From Antedon mediterranea (lineage: Eukaryota; Animalia; Echinodermata), in assembly GCF_964355755.1 (NCBI RefSeq), contig NC_092673.1:32733648-32797647 (forward strand): a DNA stretch of 64,000 nt, given 5' to 3'. The first letter of the stretch is position 1. Each line of letters starts with the position of its first letter. This document shows, one piece after another, positions 22,953-37,640 of this stretch. The notes below the pieces were generated by a model. It was not told where the DNA came from. It was given only the letters and a program-made list of their open reading frames with translations, and made no database searches. The position numbers and the translations under genes are program-made.

Positions 22953-25520
22953 AAAAAATTAGCCAGGCAAAAGCGTCTGACGAGTTTCCAACCACATGTA
23001 AAGAGAAACAAGAATCACCCGAACAGGTCATACCAAAAGAAGGTGAGTTACTGCGGCTATATGAAATATGGTTCTAAAATGACACATAAGGCTTGAGCTC
23101 ATATTATAAGAAAAATCAGATTCAACAATTATACATGAATGTGGACCCCGTAGTGACATAGGGTTGACGTAAATACAAACATATAAAATTGTTTTATTCT
23201 TTCATTAATTTAAAGCAGTAAAATTAGGTCCAGCAATTAAAACAGCTTCCGAGGAGTTAGCAGGTACATGTAAAGAACAAAAATCACCCGAACAGGTCAT
23301 AACAGAAGAAGGTGAGTTTACTGCGGCTCTGAAATCTCCTGAGTCAATATAGTGTATATTATGAGCAAAATCAGATTAAATAATTGTATATGAATATTCA
23401 GTGGACACGGTAGTTTATACATGGGGTTGGCGTAAATACAAACACCTAAATATTTTTTTCTAATTCTTTCATTAAAGCAGTAAAATTAGCCCCAGCCAAA
23501 AAGCCAGCTTCTGATGAGCTACCAGGCACTGGTGAAGATGAACAACAATCACCCGAACAGGTCATACCTGAAGAAGGTTAGTTACTGTTGCTATGTGAAA
23601 TATGGTTCTCAAACTATAGGTCTACATGTGGCTATTGAGTATATTATTATACAGTATATTATTATGAGCAAACGCATATTAAAACATTCTATATTTAACA
23701 TTTAGTGGACCCCGTAGCAACAATGGTTTACGTAAATATAAACATCTAAAATTGTTTTATTCTTTCATTAATTAAAATCAGCAAATAAAGGCCCAGCTAT
23801 TGAAACAGCTTCTGAGGAGTTATCAACCACAGCTAAAGATGAACAAGAATCACCAGAACAGGTTGTAGCTGAAAAGGGTAAGTTATCGGCTATGTGAAAT
23901 ATGATTCGCAAACGATACATGTTGCTATTGAGAAAATATATTATGAGCAAATAAAAATTCAATAATTCTATATGAATATTCAGTGGACCTCTTTGTTACA
24001 TACTGATACATCTACACCTTTTCTTTATTCTTTCATTATTAATAAAAGAAGTAAAATTAGGCCCAGTAATTGAAGCAGCTTCTGGTGAGTTACCAGGCAC
24101 ATTTAAAGAGGAAAAAGAATCATCCGAACATGTCATACCAGAAGGTGAGTGAAATATAGTTCTCAAACGATAGGTCTGAACTTTGTACATTTATTTGCCA
24201 AAGAGTTTCTAGAATACATGCTTTATTATCTTACAATCATTCTCCTTATAATACTAGGCATAGACACACCTTTGTTGAAACCCAATACCGAACGCCATTT
24301 TGTGCAGTCCTCTTCCATATTTGATTAGACCTAAATGAATAATTTGTAATTTTGCATTTTAATGCAGTTTTACTGTTTCTTATATATGTATTTTGATGTT
24401 CAATTTGTTTTTATGACCTATATAGCTGTAATTTTAACCAATAATTGTATACCTATTTTGTAAATTGAAACGCAATTCAGAATTGGTTTTTTTTATGAAT
24501 AAATATCAATGAATACGGTACTACATATGACTATTGAACCAATATGTATATTATTATGAGCAAATGTATATTAAATAAATCTATATTTCATATTCATAGA
24601 CCCCGTGATATAGGGCTGACGTAAATATGAACATCTAAAAAATGTTATTTATTTTTTTTATTAAAGCAGTAAAATTAGGCCCAGTAATTAAAACAGCTTC
24701 TGATGAGTTACCAGGCACATGTAAAGATGAAAAAGAATCACCCGAACAGGTCGTACCAGATGAAGGTGAGTTACTGTGGCTATGTGAAATATGGTTCTCA
24801 AACGATAGGTCTACATGTGGCTATTAAGATAATACAGTATATTATTATGAGCAAACGCATATTAAACAATTCTATATTTAACATTTAGTGGACCCCGTAG
24901 CGACAATGGGTTGACATAATGAACATCTAAATAATCTTAATTCTTTCATTAAAGAAGTAAAATTAAGCCCAGTAATTAAAACAGCTTCTGAGGAGTTACC
25001 AGGCTCAGGTGAAGATGAACAAAAGTCACCCACAGCAGAAAAAGGTGAGTTACTACGGCTAATACGGTTCTCAAACGACACAATAAGGTTGATATTGAGA
25101 CAATTATGAGCAAATTAATATTAAATTATTCTATATGAATGTTCAGTTGAACCCTTTGTTATATACGGATTGATGAACATCTGCACATTTTCTTTATTCT
25201 TGTATTATCCAAGCTTTAAATAAAGGCCCAGTAATTTAAACAGCTTCTGATGAGTTATCAAGTTATGTTATGTTATCAGCAATTTGAAATATGGTTCTTA
25301 AACGACATGTCTACACGTGGCTATTGAACCAATATAGTATATTATTATTAGCAAATGAATATTCAATAATTCTATATTTAATATTTAGTGGACAACCTTT
25401 TTTTTAATTCTTGTATTAAAGCAGTAAAATTATGCCCAGCCAATGAGCCAGCTTCTGATGAGTTACCAGGCACAGGTAAAGATGAAAAAGAATCACCGGA
25501 ACATGTCATACCAGAAGAAG
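22953..25520 (+). repeat. Eight duplicated phase-1 linker exons (22953-23042, 23219-23311, 23481-23576, 23782-23877, 24052-24144, 24670-24765, 24958-25044, 25425-25520) plus one decayed copy (~25215-25260)
   Basis: Each exon is 87-96 nt, AG/GT flanked and stop-free, encoding variants of VKLGPVIKTASDELPGTCKDEKESPEQVIPEE; the introns are also homologous (period ~260-300 bp). Confidence 0.85.
24176..24520 (+). mobile_element. ~345-bp insertion in one linker intron, possibly a LINE 3' end
   Basis: Interrupts gataggtct|acatgtggctatt, which is contiguous in sister introns; contains an HSPYNTRH-like remnant and AATAAA. Confidence 0.4.
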
Positions 25521-25587
25521 GTGAGTAAATGTTATAGATTTACTTGATTTGCTGATAATTTTGAGTACATTGAAATAATAGTCTTAA

Positions 25588-28500
25588 AATGGATATGAAA
25601 GGATTTTAAAATTTCACAAAAAGGACTTTGTATGAATCCTTTTAATGTTAATAAACAGCACACAAAAAATTAGATTCAAATACCTAGTAGAAATTGAGAA
25701 ATAAACAAATTAAATTTTGGTATAAAACGTCCGCAAAATGGCCGACCAACTGGCACGCCATCTTAATTTTTATGAACGTTCTATACGCACGTACGAGATC
25801 GTCAAATTTAGAGTTTGAAACACCCGGGGTTGTAGCCACGGCAGCAGTCGTTTTGTGATTGGTTAATGAATTTTAATACAGTCCAATCACCGCCTTGTCT
25901 CGTTCGCGGACTGTGTGGTGTAAACAAAATAAACAAACCCATGCTACACGAGACTCGCGTGTTGCAAGCTCCCTGTTGCTGCAGTCGTAGAAAATATCGA
26001 TATTTCCAGTCGAGCAGCAAAGTGCTCATTTAACCGTTAAAACGCTGTTTTTTAACTGCGCAGGTCACTGAGCATCGCCAAGTTATAGTGACTTCCGGTT
26101 CGCTTTTCACTTCGCGGCAAGCATTTTGCATGGGAATACCCTTACAAATCTGCTGCAATTTCCATCATCCGGGTTAAATTATATCTTTCTATATTTGGAA
26201 ATTGTTACTCCTAATATGGAAGATTATTCCCGCCACAAAATTTTGGTATAAATAGCCCAGGAAAGGACGACAGAGCTTATTGAAGAAAAAAGTGCAGATG
26301 GAGGTGTTCGTTGAGGTAGGCTACATGATTTATTTATTTGTTTGGTTTCGTAGGGAATCCGGCACTTTTCTCATCAGCACGGAACCTTTATAAAAACTTA
26401 GTGGTTGGTTATTAGGTTATTAATCTATCTTTTCTGAAAGTTTAAGCTTGGTTCAGCTTGTGGGACGGATTCAATATCCGTTCAAAGCTGTGGATATATT
26501 CTAAGCAGACTCCATCTTGGATTCGTATGTTTAGTACAGGCCGTGTGGTTGAGTAATTTCAATCCTTCAAAATCACTATGTGCAATCCGTTTTTAAACCA
26601 GTTAATATACCAAAATATGTTATTAGTAGCTTTATTATTTTGGATTTGGTGCTAGTTTGGTAAATATTGCAATATAATTGTAGATTATTTGGTTGTAAAA
26701 AAATGTACCCAACTTGTAGTATTATCTAGGCCTAGGCTAGGCCTAGCCCATTTGACGGAAACCCAGTGCTATTTGTAGGCGGATAGAGAGGGCCGCAGGC
26801 TAGTTTTTAGTGGCATATCGCCGACTTATTATAATCAATGTGAAGCCATATTATTATTATGTTTAAAATGTTGAATCTATATCCACTGGATTATGGATAT
26901 ATATCGTCGGATATTTAAAGAAAGGCCTAGGCCTAGACCTTTTTATTTATTTAATTTAGGACTATATTACGGGAAATTCTTTGCCAAAGAAAAGAAAATA
27001 CGTTGTGGCTGTTGGAGGTTTGTAAATATATGACAATAATGTAGCCTAGGCTAGGAAGGACTGTAGGTAGGATGAGGTAATTTGGATGGTCGTACATATG
27101 ATATTTATATATACAGTATTGTGTATAGTAGTGATCATGGCGACAAAATTTAGGATGACTAAAGTTGACATTAAAATTATTTAACTATGAATAGCTCATT
27201 ATTGGTGTTTTTTTTTTCTTTCAGGTTTCTAAGAATAAACTATCCGACTTGTGATTCATCTTGTGCTGCAAAAACAATCCTATTTTGATATTTGTAAATT
27301 GATGTACGTAACAGATGTCTTTAAAAATAAAAAAAAAATTAAAATTTTTATTATCGCGATGATTTAACTCAAATATTGACATATATAACTTGATATTTTA
27401 GCCTGAGCAAGATAGTTTGATAGGCATATTTTACTTCGATGTAAATAAGATATTACATGTTATACTGTATGTAAAATACTTTTTTGTAAATAAAATTATT
27501 TAGGCTAATGGTGGTTAATTTATTAACTTGTTAATTTGTTTGTTAGTTATGATGTTATACTATTAATTATTTAGTTCGTAACCAAAGTGGAGTGGATTCG
27601 TGGCAGTTGCAACTTGACTGTAATATGCATATATATAATAATATTTACTTCTTCTTGGATAAAGGTAAAGCAAAATAAGCAATAATAAAAATTAAATATT
27701 TATTTTGCCATAAAGAAAGCAAAAACTAAACATACAGTACTATATGTACAATAATACCATGGACCTATAGGTCCATAGTAATACATACTGTAGTATTGAG
27801 CACCAGTAGCAGAGACGTCTGGACAATCGAATAAATCGTTATCAGCTGTCTGGGTACCCAAGGCTAGTGCTAGAAAATGGCGAAAATTCGTGTATTCATT
27901 CGCCGTCAGCGAAATGAATCCGGCACTTTTCTCATCAGAAGCAAATCAACAAATCCTTTTATCAGTTTGTTTTGATATATAATCTGGATAATATATATTA
28001 AAATGGCCTTGGTTCAAGCATTTTTAAAAGGTAAAATCAGATTTTTTCCTACCTAGGCCCCTTAGCACTGCGGTACCCTACGCCGTGTGGGGGAACCGAT
28101 CTCGGCAGTATTTCTTAAGTAGCCTATCTTTCGTAAAATCCTTAGTTGAATTTTATTAATATAAATTTAATTGTATGAATATGCTATTTAAATGTTATTG
28201 ACATTTTTTTTTGCTGCATTTTGTAATTCCGCACTACTTGCTTTATCGCGATTCCAAGATGGCGGCAATTCAAATTTTGATTTGGTAATAATTCGCGAGG
28301 TCAACCACTTTGCTGCCCGACTGTTTCACAAATCAATAAAAAGTTATGTCTGCAAAGATTGTACGTGAAAAGAAGAAAGTGTGTATTTGTACTTCTCACA
28401 CTAAACCACTCACGCAGACTACAAATTAGGCTAGGTCTAGTAGACTATAGTTTCTTCTAAATTCGCTAGTACTGTAGTAGGCTAGGCCTACACATGGAGT

Positions 28501-30823
28501 TACTCCATGCATGGCCTACAGTACAAGAGAGTAGCAGTCGCCGGTCCACCGACGAACCTCCAGGAAGTGGACAAGGCGCGGGCGTAGACGTATGTAAAAG
28601 GCGACGTAAATAAAAAAGGTAAGCTTGTGTTGAACTTGTTTTTGGCTCTGACTTTTGTTATTGACTAATATAGTAATATAATAATACTAATAATTAAAGT
28701 AGAGCAGAGGAGGTGAGGCCGAGAGGATTATTATAGTTTAGTTAGTAACTGTAGTGTAATTAAATAATAACCTCTTTCTGTTTGTTACCAAGTCATAAAA
28801 TATAATACTATAGGGCCTAGAGGTAGGATAGAATAAAAATAATAGTACATTTCCATCCATTTATTGGTCTTATCTTTGCAGATTTATGGAATCAACAGTA
28901 CATGAGATGGCTTTGAAGAACTGTAATAGTACTAGTAATAAAATTGTAAACATCAAATTATATGGCAGAAATAGTGTGTGGAATGAATTTTATTGAACAA
29001 ATGTATCATAATGAGTTTGGAACAAGCAGGATTTTTCAAACAGGACATAAATTACTTTTGAGACCTGAGTGATACATTTTAATTCTATCAACACCAGCCA
29101 GCTCCATCATATTCAAGAGATGGATTCTTTCATAAATGTCCATTGTACATAGTATTTGGCTAAATAAATAAAAAAAGAAGTACAGTAGTGGTTTATTTGT
29201 TTATATACCCAGACCCATTTAGATGGTTAAAAACAAACACTATATGATGCACTGCTACTAGTGTACTGTCTGGTAGTACATTACCATAGTTACAGTATGA
29301 CTGTAACCCTAGCACTCGCGTCTAAAGAATTCTATTATGCATATTTTACTATTCTTCATAAATATTTAGTTCTGTAATTTTAATTGTCTGCGCTCATTCT
29401 ATACTTGGTGTCTTAGTATACTGCATAAATGTATCGTGCAAGCATGATCCAAGTAGCATCTATTATAAAGTACTCTGGGTATCTTTCTATTCACCTGAAA
29501 AAAGGAAAATGAATAAGCACATGTTTATCTGCCCTCAAAACAAAATAATAATTTAGTATAATGTATTATGTAGGTTTGATCAACAGTTTAAAATAGCAAT
29601 GCTCAGTATCTGTTACCTTAATATTATAATTTGACTCTAACATTTGCGCTTCCATTCCAATCAATAAATACATTTGCTTATCCCGTCCATCAATTATCAT
29701 AATTGCACTCCAATTATAGACCTGTAGGTAGGTAAAAATACAAATGAATTGTTTATTTACTGTATACTGTACTGTATATTGTACTGTATATGATACAAGC
29801 TGAAATACCCTAACTAGGCCTGGCCTGTTATAACCTTTATTACTACATTAGAGAAAATCCAACTCTATTCATTTGATTGGGAATCATAATATTTAGTATT
29901 CAGTGTTGCCTAGCCTACTAGCTAGTAGGGCGGCATGTAATAACAAAAAAATATTTAATAATACGTTAGTCAGGACACTACAGCACACAACAATATTAAT
30001 AAACGTACTTATAAATAATGTGTATATACATAATACAGTAACACAATTGTGCCTACCTATCACACACTCAACGATACATCAAGGAGCATACGCTCTCAGC
30101 TCACCTCTGGCCGGGCGACTAAACACCGTATCCAGCAGTCATCACTACTAAAAAGGCCTAGGCCTAGCTAGCTCCAGGCCATGGCATTGTCAAACACCAT
30201 TTACTCGTCCAACCGTTTCTTCAAAACGATATTAACATCCGTGTTAACAAGACGATGTGGACGAATTTCCATCAATTTCAGTTAATTACAACGAAATAAT
30301 AATAAAATGAATGTTTCAATAATACGTGTATAATAAATAGCGAAATAAACATCGCTCGCGAGGAGGGTCGAGAGAGAGGCCAAGGTGGTCGACTCTGTGA
30401 TTCTCACGCATGCGCAAAATAACTCCGTGTACCCAGCAAGATAGGCATTTGGCTATGAATTTCGTAAAAGATGGCCTTGAAAAACGAAATTAAAATCCGT
30501 TTAAAAAAAAACTTGGTTGATAATATGAATTAATTTTATTCGATTAGGCTAACATACTTATCCAAGAATAAAAATATCAAAGCAATAAGTAATTACTACC
30601 ATGCTTTTGCATCAATCAATGATTTACTGCTAAATTCCTATCTCTGTAATACAAAAATAACTTTTAGTGACGTCACAAAAAGTTTTTCACAGGTTTCTCA
30701 GGGGCGTTTTGAGGGCGTTGTCGTCCTCCAAAACATTAAGTATGACTATGGCAAGCTTAAAACTGATTGATCTACACGTTGAGCCAATAAAATGATATTG
30801 CTAGGAACCCTTTCATATCCATT
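25588..30823. mobile_element. 5.2-kb TTAA-inserting (Kolobok-like) DNA transposon with no visible transposase
   Basis: TTAA|AATGGATATGAAAGG ... CCTTTCATATCCATT|TTAA: perfect 15-bp TIR, TTAA TSD, RR..YY termini. Confidence 0.75.
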
Positions 30824-30879
30824 TTAACAGTTTTACCATCAAAGCCAGCTCTTTTAAATTTATAAATTAGAAAATTATG

Positions 30880-30992
30880 ATTACCGAATCAAATGCTTTT
30901 TTAAAGTCAATAAACGCCAAATAAACTCTCTCTTTCTTTTTACATAAATATTTTTTTATAATAGTGTTTAAAATAAAAATATTCTGAGTAAT
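30880..30992 (-). mobile_element. LINE reverse transcriptase fragment
   Basis: Translates TQNIFILNTIIKKYLCKKKERVYLAFIDFKKAFDSV, a non-LTR RT motif (DFxKAFDSV). Confidence 0.8.
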
Positions 30993-30993
30993 A

Positions 30994-31002
30994 CAACAGC
31001 AA

Positions 31003-31046
<44 letters not shown>

Positions 31047-31059
31047 GCAACAGCAACAA
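30994..31059 (+). repeat. (CAG/CAA)n microsatellite
   Basis: About 22 triplets; source of the spurious poly-Cys ORF. Confidence 0.95.
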
Positions 31060-31969
31060 TGCGCTGTTCCTGCTCTCACAGCATTTATTATTTTTGTACA
31101 CTATTTTAAAAGAACGAATAAATATATAAGAGCATAATACACACTATACAAAATTGCACAAAAACATTATACATAATAATAAAGATACATTATAAAAAAA
31201 TTACTTAAACAGAACCAAATTATCTATTTTCGTTTCGAAAACCAGGTTGTTCTTGACAAAAAAAAATGTTCTTCAGCCCACTTATACATTCTATTATTAA
31301 TGATATTCAAATATATTTTACACATACTAGGTATTAGGGGAATGCCTCTCTGTATTACTTTTTTTTTTCTTTTTTAAATCGGAATTATAGAATAGTTGTC
31401 TATCTACTTGGAAAATTACCTAAGTAAATTGTTTATTAAACACCTTTGCCTGTTGGTCAACCGAAAACTGGAAAATAATAAAAACTTAATTATTATTTTA
31501 AGATATAAGAAATTGACCAAAATAATCGACATTGAAAAAACAGTATTACTATTACATTAATTACTTTTAAAAGAAATTACGGGACAATATTAAATACGAA
31601 TTTCACTGGGAAATTTGTTCCAAATACAAGTTGAACATACCCCTGAAAATGAGGATTCTGTCTTTTTTTTTTTTTTTTTTTTTTTTTTATTTCATACTCA
31701 TCCAACAGCGAGTAACCCGCCAATTACAGGATGGATAAACTTGCAACGACCAGTATCAAAATGTTTACCAACAGGTGAATTACGAAAATACATTGCGGAT
31801 TTTGAAAATTGAAACGATTATCAGAAATATTGGTGGTTACTTTTTTATCATTAGAAACTGAAAGTACGTTCATGGTGGAAGTCTAAACTACTATATCTTA
31901 GAAGTGTTATGTAAAGCAAGTTAAAATGTGAAAATGTATTTATATTTGTAAATATGTAATTCTCTTTAG

Positions 31970-34900
31970 ATAAGACGGATGCTAAATTTGAAATGTACAA
32001 GCAGGTAGTTGTACAGCTACAACTACAGAAATATTATCCAAGGAAATTGACTCGTGAAAAAGTGTTTGAAGTGTCAGAAAATGTGGTTTCACCAGAAGAC
32101 CTCAATACTGATTCAAGCAAAATACCCTGGTACATGCTGCAAAATCTTATAATGTGTAACTACGAAGGGAGATCATTTGATTTAGAAGAAAGTCAATCTT
32201 TTCATGAAAATGGTTTATCATTTTCTTGTGTTCTACAAGAATCCGATAATAGTAATGAAAACTTCCAAGTAAGTCCTTCTGATGCACTAGTAGCTATTTT
32301 ATTGTGTTGTGACAATTTTTTAAGACAAATTATAATTGAAAAATTGTCAATATGTCAGTTAGCTATTCCGTTACTAATCCCAGTTACGGACGTACATAAC
32401 AAAGAATGGGAAATGATTGTGTGGGGAATGAGCACGATCACAAAGAAATGGCAAACGGGCTCCGGTTCATCTTGTGAACGATCAATGGCGATAGAAAAGT
32501 TACCAATTGTGTCTGCATTGCGATTAGGACGACCTAAGATATCAAAATCTAAAATCGTCAACTGTGTCATTAATGAGCAGAAACATGATATTTTCTTTAA
32601 TTCTGGGTGCAAAGGTGGTAATGTAGAACGGCAATTATCAGATGGCTTATTAGAAATGACATGGTACCTTCCCACACAGAAACGCACAGAGGCTTTTTCA
32701 GATGCACTAACTTTCATAAATTTGAGAGGAAATGCGTTATATTTTAGACGGCAGACGTCATTTCTATCCGAGATATCACTGGTCACCATTGCATTTGTTT
32801 CCTGTTCTGATTTTAAAGAGAATGACGCTGCGTTACTTGAATCATTGTACAATCAAAAAGGTCACGTAATAGTTATCTTAGATAATGTTCCAGGAGAATA
32901 TTTAAAAGAAAGGGTTGAGGAATTTGAGAAAAATTGGGATACACCTACAAAGAAACAAGTAAAATATGTTTTGTCACAAAAAAAGAACGAGCTAAAAATA
33001 AGCCGAGAAATTTGGAGATTTATTGAATCAAATTTTAAAGAAAGCAATCGAAATGTTATACGCAATTGGAGTATTGAGATGTGCATTGCTTTAGCAAAGA
33101 GAATGAATTACCACGTTGACGAAACCGAACGAGATTGTTTGGAAGCAAAACAGAGTGCAAAAACTTTGATTGACCGCGTAGTTTCGGAGGGGAAACAAAA
33201 CGAGCTGCCCTTGCAGGTGGTAACAGTGAACATTGGAGAGACGAAAAAAGAGCAACACCGACTATTAAGAAAAGGAAATATGCAAATAGAAGAATACGTT
33301 GACAAACAAAAGAAAGAGATAGCAGACTTGCGCCGTAAACAGTTAGACCTACACAATCAGAGACCTGAGCATTGCACATACAACGTGTTTAAATCCTCCT
33401 TCAAAGAGTCGCTTATAAAAAGAAAATATTTCTTAGGGTTTGTTAAGATAATGACCGATCGACATAGTATCGACACACTTCAGCCAATACGTAGAGAGTA
33501 CATCAAACAATGGAATGAGTTATGTGACGAAAGAAAAAACGAATCAGGAAAATCAGAATCATTTACGCATTCAACGAAAGAAATACTTGATGAACTTGAA
33601 CAAAAACTTTCTCAGAACTCTCTGGGATTAGAACATTTTAATAGAGAAATTGGACAGAGTTACGAAATGTCATCAGACTTAACATCACTAGCCTTCGAAT
33701 CAGATAATAACGACATAGCAACAGTTACTGCTGAGATGTTAGTACATGGTTATCCCATTGAGTTAATGAATGGTGATGCAACATACGTGCCTCTCACTTG
33801 GATTGAAGCCGTGTTCAGTTCCCTGAAACACCAAATTGGCAATAAAAAAATGTTTGTGTTATCTGTACTAGGCATTCAAAGTAGTGGAAAATCAACAATG
33901 CTGAATGCCATGTTTGGTTTACAGTTTTCCGTTAGTGCAGGCAGATGCACTAAAGGTATATTCGCCCAGCTGGTACCACTAGATACAAGTTTGAAAGAAG
34001 ACACGCAATGTGACTACATTCTGGTGGTTGATACCGAAGGTTTGCGGTCTCCTGAATTTGCTAGTATTCAACAGGACAACAATCGCGATAATGAATTAGC
34101 CACGCTTGTGATTGGTTTGGGTGATCTTACCATAATAAACATTATGGGAGAAAACCCAACAGATATGCAAGACATACTTCAAATCGCTGTTCATGCTTTT
34201 ATAAAGATGGAAAAAGTTAATATTAAACCGAGCTGTGTATTTGTACACCAAAATGTCACTGATGCTACAGCATCTGACTTAAATACGACACAAAAAAGAA
34301 GTATGCGAACAATGTTGGATAAAATCACAACAATTGCAGCTGAAGCAGAGAACTTCAGTGAAAAATACAAGTCGTTTTCTGACGTCATTAATTTTCAAGA
34401 AAACAAACACATAATGTACATTTCCAGCCTTTGGCAAGGAGATCCACCAATGGCGCCTCCTAATCCTGGTTATAGCAAAGGTATTCTTCAAGTAAAGAAA
34501 CAAGTCTTGACATTCATCAGGAATTCTGAACCTAAAAGTATCGATGAATTCAAAATATTTCTGTCCAGTCTTTGGAATGCAATATTATATCAACATTTTG
34601 TATTCAGTTTCAAAAATTCCCTAGAGATCAAAGCCTTTAATGATTTAAATGCAGAATATGTGAAACATGCCCGTACATTTAGAAGAAATACACTGACATA
34701 CAGCCACCAAATTCAAGTTGCATGTAAGAAACTAAAAGCGGATAACATTAGAGAAGAAGGGGAGAAAATTCATCGCCGTTACTTACTAAAATTAAAAACA
34801 GACATCGGTGAATTTCAATCAAGTATGAAGTCTTATTTTGAAAAAGAAAAGAAAGCATGCCAATGGAAGTCTAAAATGGAAACACAACTAGACGATCTTT

Positions 34901-36696
34901 GTAAGGAAATTAAAAAGGGTATAACGGATGCATTTACAGCAATTACAAATAACGTAATTGCAAGGACTAACATTGATGAAAACATTAAAATGCAGGAAGA
35001 AGAAATTGTTAGAAAAGCAAAGAAACTTGCCGACGATTATCAAAATCAAAAACTTTCTGACGAAAATCTTCAAATTGAGTTTGCTAGTAAGTGGAAGACG
35101 TGGGTTTCTGCAATACCAAGACTTATTGATTCTGAAGATGTAAACACGTCTTTTCAAAGAATCACTGGAGAATATTACACAGAAAACCATAGATCAGACG
35201 TTACTCAGGAATTTCGGTTTGGCTTTACCAAAACAGAGGTAGTGGAAGATGATTTGGATTTTGGAGTAATTCAGTCTATAAAATCTATGTTCAAACCCTT
35301 AAACAAGTCAGCACTTGTAAATGAGGCTAATTGCACTAAACAAAATATTCTAGAAAATCTTAAAAAACAAATCTCAGATCATGCTCAGAATGGTGAAAAC
35401 TATTCTCATCAATTTGGATTTGACATTTTTAACTCACTGTCAAATGAACTTAAAGAGATGAAAGTGGATACGAAGTTTGGACTTAAGAAGAAAAAAGTAA
35501 TGCCACTAGTCCTGTATAATTTCAATGTTGCCTTAATACCAAGCCTTAGAGAAATGCAGGAAAAGTACAAACGCGAAAATGATCCTAGATTATACATGGA
35601 GTCTCAGAAGGAAAAATTGTGGCAAATGTTTAAAGAAAAGTGTGAAGGTCTTCACATAACTGTTAGAGGGGCGTCAGCTATATCTTGGGAGCTTACATGT
35701 GCTATTAAAACATCACTTCCAGAGAAATGCAAACTTGGAATAATCGACCATCTAAGACATTCTCCAAATAAAGGGTTTTCTAGTAAGATGTCTCTTCATG
35801 CATGGATGCTGATAGAAATGGCAGAGAAAGGCGATTTTAAATCATTTGTACCGTATTTGTCTAATCCAGTCCAGTGCATCAAGACGTTCACATCTGAAGT
35901 AATAAAGAAAATGTGTTTACAAGAGAATGAAATCGGCACTTCTTTATTAGAAGAAATACACCATCGTAAAGTCCATGACACCATCATTGTATTAAGACAG
36001 GTTATTTCTACTTTAAGTGCGAAAACTACTGTCGTCACAGTAAAGACTTTGTGGTCATCCTTAGTCGAACACATTGACGATAAAGAGTTGTGTCTCAAAA
36101 CAGATATTTTAATTTTTGATGAGGACAGGGGTCTGATTTTGGATGAACTTTGTGATAGCTTGTTATTAAAACTAGAGTCTATCGAAGAAAGCAGAATTAA
36201 AGCTTATGATGATAGCATTTTCAGTCAAATAAGCACATCCTGTTTTGAATTCTTCACAGCTGATCTACTAGCTTGTCAGGAGATGTGTCCATTTTGTAAG
36301 GCACTATGTGATCTTAATGGCAAACATGATCACCATCGTACAAATTGTCACAGACCACAGGGGATTGCCGGATTTAAACATGAGGAATCTAAACGACTCG
36401 TCTCGGAATTATGCACAACTTCAGTAATGTCTAATAATAGCTACTTTTTTAATCAACATACGAACGGTAAATGGATAAAATACAGAAACTATAGGAGTGT
36501 GAATCCCTACTACGATTCATGGAAAATAGAACCAGAAGCAGGCGAATCAGAGATGTTTTGGAAATGGTTTATGGCAACATACAATACTCAACTTGCTGAA
36601 CACTACATTTGTAACGAGGCCGATATACCAGATGGATGGAAAAGTGTTACAAAGGAAGAAGCAACGGGAGATATGAAAAGGTTGTACGACATTTAA
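31970..36696 (+). CDS. GVIN1: VLIG/GVIN1-like very large GTPase terminal exon, copy 2, intact
   Basis: 1567-aa ORF; GIQSSGKSTMLN, SAGRCTKG, DTEGLRS, RDNELAT; C-terminal CPFCKALC...HHRTNCHRPQG and FWKWFMA; phase-1 acceptor tctctttag|31970. Confidence 0.92.
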
Positions 36697-37369
36697 GATC
36701 GACTGATAAATGTTCCTATAGAGAATAACTGGACTTACTTCCTTTATCATGTATTCGTGTACGGTGTCCTTGATATTTCGAACATGACACTTACGAACAA
36801 CAGTGATTTCTGTACAGTATCTATGTATACACAGTCAAGTTTCACATTTTTTTTATTTTTCGGGGTTCACGTAGGTTTTAGATTTTAATGTCAATTGAAA
36901 AATAAAAAATGCCAATCTTCACATTTTATTAATGTATTATAATGTCATTCATAAATAAAAGTTACGTCATGCTAACGTTTTAAAACAGTCGACCAGTTTC
37001 TCAAAATGAATATTGCATCTCGTATTACACTAGGCATATCATAATGTGGAATCCTTACATGATATAACTGTATTTGTATAATTCCGAATTTGAATAAAAC
37101 ATTAAATTGCTTCTTTAATTATTTAAAAAAAAAAAGAAGCATGTGTGTCATAATATTTTCAATAAGCCATTGGCCACTTCAATGATTTAGCCATCTTATA
37201 ACTTTCAATTCAGTGATGAATTCTAATTCAAATAATAGTTTAAAATGTGTATTCAGTAATGGTATAATTTAGTTTATAGTCTAATAAACTGTATAATGGA
37301 TAATTTGTTTAATCTAGGATATGCTTTAATATTAGTTAATAATAAATCGAGTTAGAATAGAATATTTTC

Positions 37370-37640
37370 GAAATTATTATATCCACTCGCACATTATATT
37401 CACATACACTCGAATATTATATTCACTCGCATCTCATTATATTCACTGCCATAATGTATTCACTTGCATACACTCGAATATTATATCCACTCGCATATTA
37501 TTATTGTATATCCACTCGAATACCATTATAGTATTCACTCGTATATTATATTAACTTGCATACACTCGAATATTATATCCACTAGATGAACTATTTATAT
37601 CAACCGGCATATTATTATATTCATATCCACGCCATTATAT
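37370..37640 (+). repeat. Degenerate tandem repeats of tattatatccactcg
   Basis: Repeated (t)attatat(c/t)cactcg units related to the 39-bp minisatellite. Confidence 0.7.

Noticed and set aside
30867-31079. Poly-cysteine protein
   Set aside because: Antisense reading of a CAG/CAA microsatellite next to a LINE RT fragment.
31855-31915. Counterpart of the 53611-53680 exon upstream of VLIG-2
   Set aside because: Shares aaactgaaagtac but has in-frame stops and a GC donor; not included in the model.
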